In this document: positions 54,317 through 62,766 of the stretch, in pieces
How the letters are laid out: every line of letters begins with the position of its first letter
Position numbering within the stretch: the first letter of the stretch is position 1
From: a virus
Reading direction: 5' to 3' (one strand)
DNA: 64,000 nt
IMG/VR virus record: IMGVR_UViG_3300045988_176633
The notes under the pieces: generated by a model
What the model was told of the DNA's origin: nothing
Seen by the model: the letters and a program-made list of their open reading frames with translations, nothing else
The model's database searches: none
Made by a program: the position numbers and the translations under genes

Positions 54317-55510
54317 TTAAGACAGTTGGTTGTTGACGTATTCAAACAACTTATATTGGATCATATAATCAATAGGAGAGTTCACATCGCCTTCTTTCTT
54401 TGGTTCTGGATAATCCTCAAGTCTAAGCCTAAGATTGATAAGGTCGATATCTTTTATCCTTTCTTTATCTTGATAAACCATCAAAGGCACTATTTCCCAA
54501 TGAGAACCATCTTTATTGAATTTTTTAACCACTCTTTCCCAAAACTTCTTATTGTACCAAACACCACTTGCCATAGCAAGATTATAATAAGAAGTCTCTT
54601 TGACTTTGACCCACTTACCAAACAAAGGATAGTAAACCTTATCAGCTAGGAAGATCAAAGGATAATAAATTAATGAATACAAGAAGTTCTTGAATTTAGG
54701 AAGTTTGTTACCTGAAATCTTTTCATAGACTTTCCTAAATCCATAAGCAAAATACCAATTATTAGCACCTCTCTTCACTTTAATAGTGTTCTTGAAATGC
54801 TTATTACGGTCTTCTACACGATCCCAAGGTTTCAATTTATCTTCGTTGAAAGTAGGTACATATGTCCAAATGTGATGAAGTTGGCTGTAATAAGGATTGT
54901 AAATCGTGTGATTGTTCTCGATTATAAAATACAAGACATTTATCAAGAACATCGAATCTTTCAAGACAGTTTTCTTAGAGAAAACAATAGGAGGTATAAG
55001 GTTCCAAACTTGATCTTGACTGATAAAAACACTGAAACAAGGATCTTCGTCTATACCTTCGATAGAAGAACTCCATCCACTATGGATCTTCAATGTATTC
55101 CAACTATCAATATCACTAGAAGAGATATCGTCTCTTACAAAAAAGCCTGGTTCAAAAATATTCACGATATTCCACTTCATCCTACAAGCGATATCTGCAT
55201 TATGTACGAGCCTATATAGAGCATGTAAACAATTAGAATAGTTAGTTTGGGAATCACTCAATAGATAGTAAGTCATTAAATACGACAAATTGATCGTACC
55301 ATCCCCTATTTCAACCCTCTTTGAATTGTTTCTCTCGTCAAAAGTCACTTTTGCTGCTGGTATCCATGTACCATTGTGATATGGATCTTTGTCTTTCGAT
55401 AGGAAGTAATTGTCGAAAATCTCTTTGTGACCATAAAATTTCTCTGATATGTTCATAATTAAATGATTTATATTTAACATGTTATAAAGATAAGGAAGAA
55501 ATTGTTTCAC
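54317..55510 (-). CDS. Hypothetical protein (397 aa)
   Basis: ORF track. Largest early-region ORF, Trp/Tyr-rich, with no motif recognised. Preceded by about 500 bp of non-coding DNA. Confidence 0.65.
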   Translation of the reverse strand: MKQFLPYLYNMLNINHLIMNISEKFYGHKEIFDNYFLSKDKDPYHNGTWIPAAKVTFDERNNSKRVEIGDGTINLSYLMTYYLLSDSQTNYSNCLHALYRLVHNADIACRMKWNIVNIFEPGFFVRDDISSSDIDSWNTLKIHSGWSSSIEGIDEDPCFSVFISQDQVWNLIPPIVFSKKTVLKDSMFLINVLYFIIENNHTIYNPYYSQLHHIWTYVPTFNEDKLKPWDRVEDRNKHFKNTIKVKRGANNWYFAYGFRKVYEKISGNKLPKFKNFLYSLIYYPLIFLADKVYYPLFGKWVKVKETSYYNLAMASGVWYNKKFWERVVKKFNKDGSHWEIVPLMVYQDKERIKDIDLINLRLRLEDYPEPKKEGDVNSPIDYMIQYKLFEYVNNQLS

Positions 55511-56008
55511 AACAACCTCTTCCCAAGAAACAATAATAAAATAAACTTACGTAATCATCGAACGTATCATTTACCCTTACTACACAAAACTAAGTACTAA
55601 TAAACCCTAAACAAAATCTCTTGTTTTCACAAACAAAAGGATTTCTACTCTCGAATATGAATTTATCACGTTGCAAATATAGCTATTTTATTTTGATCTA
55701 TGAGTCTTTTTTGTTTTGTTTTCTTTCTTCTCTTTTGAAGAGACTTTTGAAAGTGAAGATCTCTTGATTTAGATTTCTTGATTTCGAACCAGTCTCTTCT
55801 TTCTGTCCTTTGAAAAGGAAGCTCTCTACTAACACTTGAAATCAGGAAACTCCTATCACATATATCACTAGACTCATCGTAATAAAATGATGATTTAGTC
55901 CATGTATCTGCTTTTTATGTCTACCATAATAATTATTTTATAAAATGTCTGTAGATACACAACACTATTAACTCGATAACTACTAAGATTATTGCCCAAA
56001 GGAAACAT

Positions 56009-56209
56009 TTATCGATCTTTTTCATTTTCTTTCTTTGATTTTGAATCAATTAACTTTTTCTCCCATATCAAATAAATGATCAATAAACCCATTATAGGTA
56101 ACCAAGGATCATCTTTACTAAATAGGATCATTATAACAATCACTATAATCGATAGGACCACTTGTAATGCGATTCCAAAATATTCTACTATTGACTTATT
56201 TGTTTTCAT
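56009..56209 (-). CDS. Small membrane protein (66 aa, 2 TM)
   Basis: ALQVVLSIIVIVIMILF and WLPIMGLLIIYLIW hydrophobic helices. Confidence 0.55.
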   Translation of the reverse strand: MKTNKSIVEYFGIALQVVLSIIVIVIMILFSKDDPWLPIMGLLIIYLIWEKKLIDSKSKKENEKDR

Positions 56210-56228
56210 GTTTATACTTTTATAAAAC

Positions 56229-56265
56229 GATCCATACCAGTGAAATCACTTCTCGGGTATGGATC
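56229..56265 (-). terminator. Hairpin terminator
   Basis: 10-bp stem GATCCATACC/GGTATGGATC with a 17-nt loop, followed by GTTTTATAAAAG. Confidence 0.5.
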
Positions 56266-56308
56266 TAAACTTAAAACCAATAACTATAACACTAAATCTA
56301 AAACACAT

Positions 56309-56569
56309 CTAAAGATACTTGATTATTTCAACAATTGAAAACCCATAAAAAAGAAATCTCTTATTTCTTCCAGGTTTACCTTTAAATTTTGCTTCCCCTG
56401 AAATGAGTGTATCAATATCACTATTAGTTACGTCGTGTTTAAAAACACATCCTTCAAAAGAGAAAGATTGACTCTTGAAACCATCTCTATCGTCTAATTC
56501 GACAACCTTATAAGTACAAGATTTACCTAGACGCCTCATTTCAGTGACTGTCATTATCTTCTTGTTCAT
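56309..56569 (-). CDS. Hypothetical protein (86 aa)
   Basis: ORF track. ATGA overlap with the upstream gene. Confidence 0.55.
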   Translation of the reverse strand: MNKKIMTVTEMRRLGKSCTYKVVELDDRDGFKSQSFSFEGCVFKHDVTNSDIDTLISGEAKFKGKPGRNKRFLFYGFSIVEIIKYL

Positions 56570-56820
56570 ACCAGATTCTCCTTGATTGATTTTAAATAAT
56601 TGATTTGTCGTAAAATCAAATTACAACATTCACCTACATAGGCTTTCTTTTCTTTCTTGAAGATCTTGAGATATTTTTCGATATCGATAAGTTCCATCTC
56701 TCGATCAATGACCTGTTTATATTCTCCTAAACATTCCAAATCTTTCACTTCTTTAAATAAGTCATTCCTCTTTTCGACTAAAATCTGGAAGTTTTCAATT
56801 AATTGTTGTTTTGTAATCAT
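56566..56820 (-). CDS. Hypothetical protein (84 aa)
   Basis: ORF track. Confidence 0.55.
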   Translation of the reverse strand: MITKQQLIENFQILVEKRNDLFKEVKDLECLGEYKQVIDREMELIDIEKYLKIFKKEKKAYVGECCNLILRQINYLKSIKENLV

Positions 56821-56987
56821 ACTAATATCTCTTTAGGTTTGTTGAACATTGTTTGATACGCTTTATTTAAGCTAGGGAATACTTTGATGAATTCCTTGTG
56901 AGAAACTAGGATTTTGTTAGTTAACTTCGTATAAACGATTTTACACCCGTTTCTTTCAAATCTTTTGATGATACGCTCTTTCTTCAT
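56817..56987 (-). CDS. Small hypothetical protein (56 aa, below ORF-track cutoff)
   Basis: Hand translation MKKERIIKRFERNGCKIVYTKLTNKILVSHKEFIKVFPSLNKAYQTMFNKPKEILV. The ATG is 2 nt after the upstream stop, and its own stop overlaps the next ATG (ATGA). Confidence 0.55.
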   Translation of the reverse strand: MKKERIIKRFERNGCKIVYTKLTNKILVSHKEFIKVFPSLNKAYQTMFNKPKEILV

Positions 56988-56989
56988 GA

Positions 56990-57283
56990 CTAAAATTTGT
57001 TTTGTTGTATGATGACAATTGATTCAATATCCTCTGAGACTCGTTTTAATTGTGATTGGACATCTTCTTTTATAATTTGATCAATCTTATTCAAAACAAC
57101 TTGACTCAATAGATCGGTTTCTATTCTTTTCGAAGTATTACTAGTTCTAGTATAACAATATCGAAAATTGATCTCTCTTAAAAGAGAGTCAGTAGATACT
57201 TCATCTAATTTATCTTTTAAAGACGTTAACTGCTCTTTACGTTTAAAGAGCTCTTCTAACTTTCTCAACTCTTTTAATTCCAT
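56990..57283 (-). CDS. Hypothetical coiled-coil protein (about 97 aa)
   Basis: ORF track 56990..57310. I prefer ATG 57281-57283, just after the upstream stop. Confidence 0.5.
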   Translation of the reverse strand: MELKELRKLEELFKRKEQLTSLKDKLDEVSTDSLLREINFRYCYTRTSNTSKRIETDLLSQVVLNKIDQIIKEDVQSQLKRVSEDIESIVIIQQNKF

Positions 57284-57287
57284 ATGC

Positions 57288-57575
57288 TTATAGATTAATA
57301 TTGTTTTCAATTGCGCAACAAGCTAAGATCCATGCTTGTTTATCAGATATAATTGCTACCAAACGATTATAAGGATTCATAGAACTATCAATAGTAGTCG
57401 CTACTTTAGAAGCGAATCCTTCTGTTTTCTTGATCTTTTCCAAGAAAGAACCTAAATCATTGAATGCGATCTCATAATACGAATGATTATAAACTCTATC
57501 TGTATTGGATAGATTCTTGATCTCGTTAGCTAACTTAGAAGCTGCTTTATATTGTTCTGTACCTTTTGCAATCAT
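57288..57575 (-). CDS. Hypothetical protein (95 aa)
   Basis: ORF track. Confidence 0.55.
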   Translation of the reverse strand: MIAKGTEQYKAASKLANEIKNLSNTDRVYNHSYYEIAFNDLGSFLEKIKKTEGFASKVATTIDSSMNPYNRLVAIISDKQAWILACCAIENNINL

Positions 57576-57612
57576 GATCTTGTATTATTACGCATGGCTT
57601 TCGCCATGCTGG

Positions 57613-57816
57613 TTATTTACTTTTCTCTTTTAACCACTGACGATAAATTCTATCACAAATTGCTTCATCGCTTTCAAAAGGACCAACAAGTGTATATATC
57701 ACTTGTTCGGGTTCGCCATGAGGTTTAATTGTTACTTCGTATTCGTCTGGTCCACATGGATTATGTGCTATTCGTTTACAACTAACTATTGCTTTATCAT
57801 ACTCTTTCATAATCAT
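57613..57816 (-). CDS. Hypothetical protein (67 aa)
   Basis: ORF track. 28 nt downstream of the conserved element. Confidence 0.55.
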   Translation of the reverse strand: MIMKEYDKAIVSCKRIAHNPCGPDEYEVTIKPHGEPEQVIYTLVGPFESDEAICDRIYRQWLKEKSK

Positions 57817-57843
57817 ATCTTTTAATTATTACTGTTTCTTTTT

Positions 57844-57884
57844 CTGATGTTGTAAAGGTCTGAACAATATTTCGTCTGAGCAAC
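57844..57884 (-). promoter_or_regulatory. Conserved promoter/operator-like element, copy C
   Basis: Minus strand GTTGCTCAGACGAAATATTGTTCAGACCTTTACAACATCAG, immediately after terminator 57898-57940. Confidence 0.55.
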
Positions 57885-57897
57885 TTTTTACAAAGAA

Positions 57898-57940
57898 AAA
57901 GTCTCACCAAATGAAAATAATTTCAAAACGGTGAGACTTT
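57898..57940 (-). terminator. Rho-independent terminator after the endolysin gene
   Basis: 11-bp stem AAAGTCTCACC/GGTGAGACTTT with a 21-nt loop, followed by TTCTTTGT. Confidence 0.65.
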
Positions 57941-57949
57941 CAATATAAA

Positions 57950-58438
57950 TCAATCTTCTTTACTAGGTTTGATCACAATTTCTTGCATGAAATTAGGGAA
58001 ATCTTTTCTTACATCATAACATGGACAACTTTTAATCCATTCAAATGGTTCAATGATACCATTGCCATTTGCATCAGGACTTAAATCCCTGTGACCACAT
58101 ACTTGAAAGATAGAAGGATATTTACCAGTAAGTTCTCCGACAAGCTCTTTAATAGCACTCTTTTGAGCTTCTGTACGTGTATCACATGCTTTTCCATTTT
58201 CATCAAGACCACCTTCGTAACAAATACCTATAGATTTCGCATTATAACCTTTCGCATGAGCTCCGATCTTTTCAATAGGTCTGCATTCATGTACTTTACC
58301 ATCTTTAGTAATGTAGAAGTGATATCCAATGTCGTTGAAACCTCTTGCTAAATGATCTCTTTTCAATCTTTCAACGGTATAATCCGTACTTTTCATTGTA
58401 GCTGAACAATGGATAACGATCATTTCTAATTCTCTCAT
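57950..58438 (-). CDS. N-acetylmuramoyl-L-alanine amidase endolysin (Amidase_2/PGRP, T7-lysozyme-like)
   Basis: IVIHCSAT, GYHFYI, GAHAKGYNAKSIGICYEGG and GHRDLSP motifs. Confidence 0.85.
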   Translation of the reverse strand: MRELEMIVIHCSATMKSTDYTVERLKRDHLARGFNDIGYHFYITKDGKVHECRPIEKIGAHAKGYNAKSIGICYEGGLDENGKACDTRTEAQKSAIKELVGELTGKYPSIFQVCGHRDLSPDANGNGIIEPFEWIKSCPCYDVRKDFPNFMQEIVIKPSKED

Positions 58439-58559
58439 TCGTTTTTCACTTAAAAATCTACGGATTTCGAATTTTTCTTGGTCATCAAATGATATCTCAT
58501 TATCAAGCGATTAGGCTGCTTTTACATACAAGGAGAAACACCTGATGACCAAGTTTTAT

Positions 58560-59306
58560 TTATTGTTTCATAGCTTCTGTTACTTTGACTGGATCGTCCC
58601 ATCCAGCTTTTGCATTCTCAAATGCCATATCTAACAACTTAGTAGAGGTGCACTCTTGTATCATTTCTCTCTTTGGCCACCAAAGATGAAAACAGATTTC
58701 ACCAGTATCGTCATGTCTAACTATCTGTAACTCAAAGTTTGGATCAAGTTTTTTGAATGCAGCTTTATATTTTTCCAACTCTTCTTCAGCCCATACAGTA
58801 TTTTGTCCTTTGACGATAGGAGCTGTAAGTTCTTCATTTACAGTCTCATTAGTGTTTGAAGTCTCTTCTTCTGAAACTGCCATAGTCTTCATCATCATGA
58901 CACTAGCATTATTATTTTTCCAAGCTGGAGTATCAGGTAAGATCGTATCTGGTACAAGGGCTATTAGTTTGGAAAATTGAGCATAATCAGTGTTTTCGAT
59001 CTTCTTGATCTCTTCATTGACTTCTTCAAGAGTTCTCGTTGACATCGTTGAAATACCTGATTTTAAGTTGGTTTCAAGTGACTCTTTTTCAGTCAATAAC
59101 CCCTCTAATTTATCACTATTCTTGATTACATCAGGTAATACAAGTACTTTATACAACTCATTTGCCTCTTCATCAGTCAAGACTGGGATTTCAATGTTTG
59201 CAGTGAATGTACGGTTATTAGTCGTACAATAGTCCATTAGATTAGCGAATTGTTCTTTAGTCGTAAACGTGAATCTCGCTACTTTTGATACAACAGTTGC
59301 TGCCAT
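58560..59306 (-). CDS. Hypothetical protein (248 aa)
   Basis: ORF track. Confidence 0.6.
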   Translation of the reverse strand: MAATVVSKVARFTFTTKEQFANLMDYCTTNNRTFTANIEIPVLTDEEANELYKVLVLPDVIKNSDKLEGLLTEKESLETNLKSGISTMSTRTLEEVNEEIKKIENTDYAQFSKLIALVPDTILPDTPAWKNNNASVMMMKTMAVSEEETSNTNETVNEELTAPIVKGQNTVWAEEELEKYKAAFKKLDPNFELQIVRHDDTGEICFHLWWPKREMIQECTSTKLLDMAFENAKAGWDDPVKVTEAMKQ

Positions 59307-59336
59307 AAAATTAAACTTTAAATTGTTAATAATTAA

Positions 59337-59522
59337 TTATTTAAATTGTCTTACGAATACTTTTATCTCTGAGATCCTGATTATATTAGGATCTTTAATT
59401 ACTACTTTACCATCTGATTCGAATGTATCGTAATCAACTAGGATCGTATCAAGGAAATCTTCAAGCTCTCTAATTTGGTCTTCATTAAGGCCTGATACTG
59501 TCACTTTAGTTTCTAATTTCAT
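59337..59522 (-). CDS. Hypothetical protein (61 aa)
   Basis: ORF track. The ATG lies 12 nt downstream of the conserved element. Confidence 0.5.
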   Translation of the reverse strand: MKLETKVTVSGLNEDQIRELEDFLDTILVDYDTFESDGKVVIKDPNIIRISEIKVFVRQFK

Positions 59523-59534
59523 AATTTTATCTAT

Positions 59535-59576
59535 TTCTTTGGTCTAAAGATAAGACCTATTTTGTTTGTTTCCAAC
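59535..59576 (-). promoter_or_regulatory. Conserved promoter/operator-like element, copy E
   Basis: Minus strand GTTGGAAACAAACAAAATAGGTCTTATCTTTAGACCAAAGAA. Confidence 0.5.
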
Positions 59577-59595
59577 AAGTTATCAGTAAAATAAA

Positions 59596-59621
59596 GGGTC
59601 CGATCTTCTCAGACAGGACCC
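59596..59621 (-). terminator. Weak hairpin terminator
   Basis: GGGTCC/GGACCC stem with a 14-nt loop, followed on the minus strand by TTTATTTTAC. Confidence 0.4.
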
Positions 59622-59659
59622 CTCCAAATAAACAAATAACATTATGGAAAATACGCATT

Positions 59660-60892
59660 TTATTTAGAGCAATCTTCAGCGATCTTTCGCAATCTTTCAA
59701 GTCGTTCTTTTACAGTCTCTTTTTTCTTGATTTCTGTAAAAGTAGCCTCTTCTACAGGCATTTCTCTCATTTCTTCTAGGAACTTTTGATTCAATTTAGC
59801 CAATGAAGTCCAATCGTTACAAGCCCTAATTGCATCACCTGGTAACATGATCTTCTCTCTACCTAACACATTCTTATTGAATCCATTAAAGTCCTTGTAA
59901 TAAGACGACGCAAGTTGTGCGATCAATATTGCAGGATCGATATTACTCTTAGCTGCGACTATACCTACTACGATAGAGTTGATAGGTAAGGTCCTCATCA
60001 TTCTATCGATATTCTCTTGTCCATGTAAAGTAGCAGTGATGTCGATCTTACCATCTACCGTGAGTTTCAGTTCGTTACCTTTGACTTCTTTTCTTGCTTG
60101 TTCCAATATATTCCGGATCTCTCTTGAGAAGATCATAGCTTTTTGCTCTTTCTTTTGTTCCATATAATATTGGTACTTTATATGAAGGTCTACTAGGATC
60201 TCATTGAGTATCTGTAATCTACCTGCTTCACTTGCGATCTTATATTGGTCACTTGATGCTAAGAAAGTAGCACGTCTAGCATCTATCTCTGCCTTATTTT
60301 TAGCAAAGAATCTCAAAAGGTCTTTTTGGCTTAGGAATACATTGTTCCTCTCTTGCATTATCTTCCTAACATCCTCAATACCATTCATTTCACCAAATAA
60401 TTGTACTACTTGGTTCCAATGGTCTGGAGGTAAGGTCACATCTTTTTCACGTTTATATGCATCTATATAAGCTCTCTTTTTGTAGGCATATTCACGGATC
60501 AATGGTGCGAATCGTTCTTTTTTTATCTCATGAGCATCTCTTACATCCTCATCGCTACCACCTCTCACCTTGATCATTCCTTGGATGTTAATCTGCTTTA
60601 AATCAATCGTTTTCACTTCTCCATCAGCAGATTCAAACGTAAACCAACGATCTGGGCACTCATCAAGTCTTCTCCTGGCTGCCTCACTTAATAGGTATTT
60701 GTCTTGTACTTCTTGAGACATTTGGAGTACTGCATCAGGTGCTTCTTTCATGATCTCATCTATCTCTTTATTACTTAAATCCTTGAGAGTCATGTTGTAT
60801 TTCTTTCTTACACCCTTTTTAAAATCGCTTTTTTTTCGTTGGATTCTCTCTTCACAAGTCTCTAGCGAGACTACTAACTTCTCTTTTTCCAT
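59660..60892 (-). CDS. Hypothetical protein (about 410 aa)
   Basis: ORF track 59660..60946 with a GTG start inside a hairpin. I prefer the ATG at 60890-60892 (MEKEKLVV...). No motif recognised. Confidence 0.6.
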   Translation of the reverse strand: MEKEKLVVSLETCEERIQRKKSDFKKGVRKKYNMTLKDLSNKEIDEIMKEAPDAVLQMSQEVQDKYLLSEAARRRLDECPDRWFTFESADGEVKTIDLKQINIQGMIKVRGGSDEDVRDAHEIKKERFAPLIREYAYKKRAYIDAYKREKDVTLPPDHWNQVVQLFGEMNGIEDVRKIMQERNNVFLSQKDLLRFFAKNKAEIDARRATFLASSDQYKIASEAGRLQILNEILVDLHIKYQYYMEQKKEQKAMIFSREIRNILEQARKEVKGNELKLTVDGKIDITATLHGQENIDRMMRTLPINSIVVGIVAAKSNIDPAILIAQLASSYYKDFNGFNKNVLGREKIMLPGDAIRACNDWTSLAKLNQKFLEEMREMPVEEATFTEIKKKETVKERLERLRKIAEDCSK

Positions 60893-60977
60893 AATTTCTT
60901 TTCTTTGTTTCTTGTGTAAAGATAGGAGGGTTATGACATGATTCACAACCCTCCTCTTACTTATTATGTGCCTATTT

Positions 60978-61157
60978 TCACTTTTCTTCTTTCTTCTTGG
61001 TTAGAAGAATTAAAGGACCAAATGTCATTGCCAAAAGCACATCATCATATTCTGTTTGTTCTGGTTTGATTTCTTTCTTGTTGAGAAAGATTAGACCCAT
61101 CGCCATCCAAAGCACTGAAAGACTTACTACAATTACAAACCCCATTTCTATACTCAT
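60978..61157 (-). CDS. Small membrane protein (59 aa, below ORF-track cutoff)
   Basis: Hand translation MSIEMGFVIVVSLSVLWMAMGLIFLNKKEIKPEQTEYDDVLLAMTFGPLILLTKKKEEK. GAGGAGG lies 8 nt upstream. Downstream of conserved element copy B and antisense to the listed + ORF 60997..61203. Confidence 0.5.
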   Translation of the reverse strand: MSIEMGFVIVVSLSVLWMAMGLIFLNKKEIKPEQTEYDDVLLAMTFGPLILLTKKKEEK

Positions 61158-61193
61158 GATTTCAATCCTCCTCTTGTTTTTTAATAATTTGCT

Positions 61194-61243
61194 CTTTTTT
61201 TGATTATGACCTAAAGGTCCGACCTTTATTTCAATGGAGCAAC
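61194..61243 (-). promoter_or_regulatory. Conserved promoter/operator-like element, copy B (perfect palindrome version)
   Basis: Minus strand GTTGCTCCATTGAAATAAAGGTCGGACCTTTAGGTCATAATCAAAAAAG. AAAGGTC-G-GACCTTT is a perfect 7+1+7 palindrome. Confidence 0.55.
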
Positions 61244-61258
61244 GATTTATAGGATTTT

Positions 61259-61414
61259 CTACGAATTAAATTCAAAACAGTCTGACCTATCTTTTTTGAA
61301 TGGACAGTCTCTTTCATATTCACAACCCTTACAATTGTGATTACTCTTTTCAATTGGATCTTTTAAATCCTTCTTTGTGTAGGGTTGTTTGTTTTCGTCT
61401 TCTAGTCTTGCCAT
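61259..61414 (-). CDS. Small Cys-rich protein (51 aa, below ORF-track cutoff)
   Basis: Hand translation MARLEDENKQPYTKKDLKDPIEKSNHNCKGCEYERDCPFKKDRSDCFEFNS. Confidence 0.4.
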   Translation of the reverse strand: MARLEDENKQPYTKKDLKDPIEKSNHNCKGCEYERDCPFKKDRSDCFEFNS

Positions 61415-61510
61415 AATTCTATGTTTTTAAATGTTATTAAGTCTTTTCTTTTTGATCTTGAAGAAGTTCACATTTCGATCTTACTATATTCTATGAACCT
61501 TTCTAAACCT

Positions 61511-61651
61511 TTATTTATCGTTTTGAGATTGTTTACTCTTCTCAAAAGATTCTTTGTCTTTTAATGCTCTTTTACAAGCTCTCTTTCTCATCTGAGAAGG
61601 ACAATCACACTTTTCTCGATTGTACCAAATACAATAGTCGCATTGATGCAT
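61511..61651 (-). CDS. Small Cys-rich protein (46 aa, below ORF-track cutoff)
   Basis: Hand translation MHQCDYCIWYNREKCDCPSQMRKRACKRALKDKESFEKSKQSQNDK. AAGAGGA lies upstream of the ATG. Confidence 0.4.
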   Translation of the reverse strand: MHQCDYCIWYNREKCDCPSQMRKRACKRALKDKESFEKSKQSQNDK

Positions 61652-61717
61652 AAATTAATCCTCTTTTGTTTTCAATCCCTTTTATATATTATAATATATA
61701 AAAGGGATCTATGGAAT

Positions 61718-61882
61718 TTAATACCAAATCTCGTTACCAACGATCAGTTTCTTTTGTTGATCAATCATTGTCTTTGTTTCTTCGATCCGTTGAAAGAAAA
61801 ACGAAGGTCCTTTAGCTCCAACAGATTTTGACTTCGGTCTATCTACAACTAGATCTTTCTTCTTCTTAACTATCACTTCCAT
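61718..61882 (-). CDS. Small hypothetical protein (54 aa, below ORF-track cutoff)
   Basis: Hand translation MEVIVKKKKDLVVDRPKSKSVGAKGPSFFFQRIEETKTMIDQQKKLIVGNEIWY. Antisense to the listed + ORF 61643..61831. Confidence 0.4.
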   Translation of the reverse strand: MEVIVKKKKDLVVDRPKSKSVGAKGPSFFFQRIEETKTMIDQQKKLIVGNEIWY

Positions 61883-61914
61883 AATATTATTTATTGTTTT
61901 ATCTAAAGATCAAA

Positions 61915-62403
61915 CTATTGATCCTTTTTACCAAGGATCTCTTCAACTTCTTGTGTATCAAGGATTTGAATAAGTGTTTCGCAATAAAAATAAACATCAT
62001 CTATTGGTGTTGGTAAACCATCACGATTCTCTGGTATCATTTTACCAGACACTATTTTATCACTATTACCTGCATTTCGTTCGTATTTGAAAATTGCATC
62101 TGGTGAGATATAAACATTAAAATTACTATAACTATCTAATTCTGAGAGTCGTACAATTTTATAATATGCGAATGTTAAATCATATGATTTTCTTAACTCT
62201 CCTATAGTCATAACTTTCTCATTGTTGAAATACTCATCTAGGAATTCTTTGAATTTTCTCAATTCTCCTTTTGTCAGACAAGGAAATGAAGTCGTATTGT
62301 TCCCTATTCTTAGACTTAGTTTCAAATCTCTGTTAGACCCTGTATCTTCTCTTTCGACAAATACTTCGATCTTTCTATCCTCTTTAATCATCTTTGTTTC
62401 CAT
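61915..62403 (-). CDS. Hypothetical protein (162 aa)
   Basis: ORF track. Confidence 0.6.
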   Translation of the reverse strand: METKMIKEDRKIEVFVEREDTGSNRDLKLSLRIGNNTTSFPCLTKGELRKFKEFLDEYFNNEKVMTIGELRKSYDLTFAYYKIVRLSELDSYSNFNVYISPDAIFKYERNAGNSDKIVSGKMIPENRDGLPTPIDDVYFYCETLIQILDTQEVEEILGKKDQ

Positions 62404-62445
62404 AATATATCTTATTTTATATAGGGTGTTTTCACACCCTACTAA

Positions 62446-62733
62446 TTATTTTACTTCGTATGTCACAAATCCAACAATTGAACTGTCGTTTCTACCATTT
62501 ATCACCACTTTCTTACATTCTACTATTAAATAATTATTGAATCCACCTTCTTTTATACAATACGATTGCCATGGATAACGATTGAAATCTTCAATCTTTC
62601 CATTGGAATATTCAATCATTTTCTCAGCTCTTTGGTTGAGAGCTTCTAATACACCTTCTTTTGTACTGAACATTTGTGAACCAATCCAATAGATCTCATT
62701 ACCTCTGATTATCACTTCTCTGTAGACTTTCAT
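62446..62733 (-). CDS. Hypothetical protein (about 95 aa)
   Basis: ORF track 62446..62883 would read through a terminator and a promoter-like element. I prefer ATG 62731-62733 (MKVYREVII...). Confidence 0.55.
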   Translation of the reverse strand: MKVYREVIIRGNEIYWIGSQMFSTKEGVLEALNQRAEKMIEYSNGKIEDFNRYPWQSYCIKEGGFNNYLIVECKKVVINGRNDSSIVGFVTYEVK

Positions 62734-62766
62734 ATCGCTGTTTATTTTATCAATTATTATTTCTTT

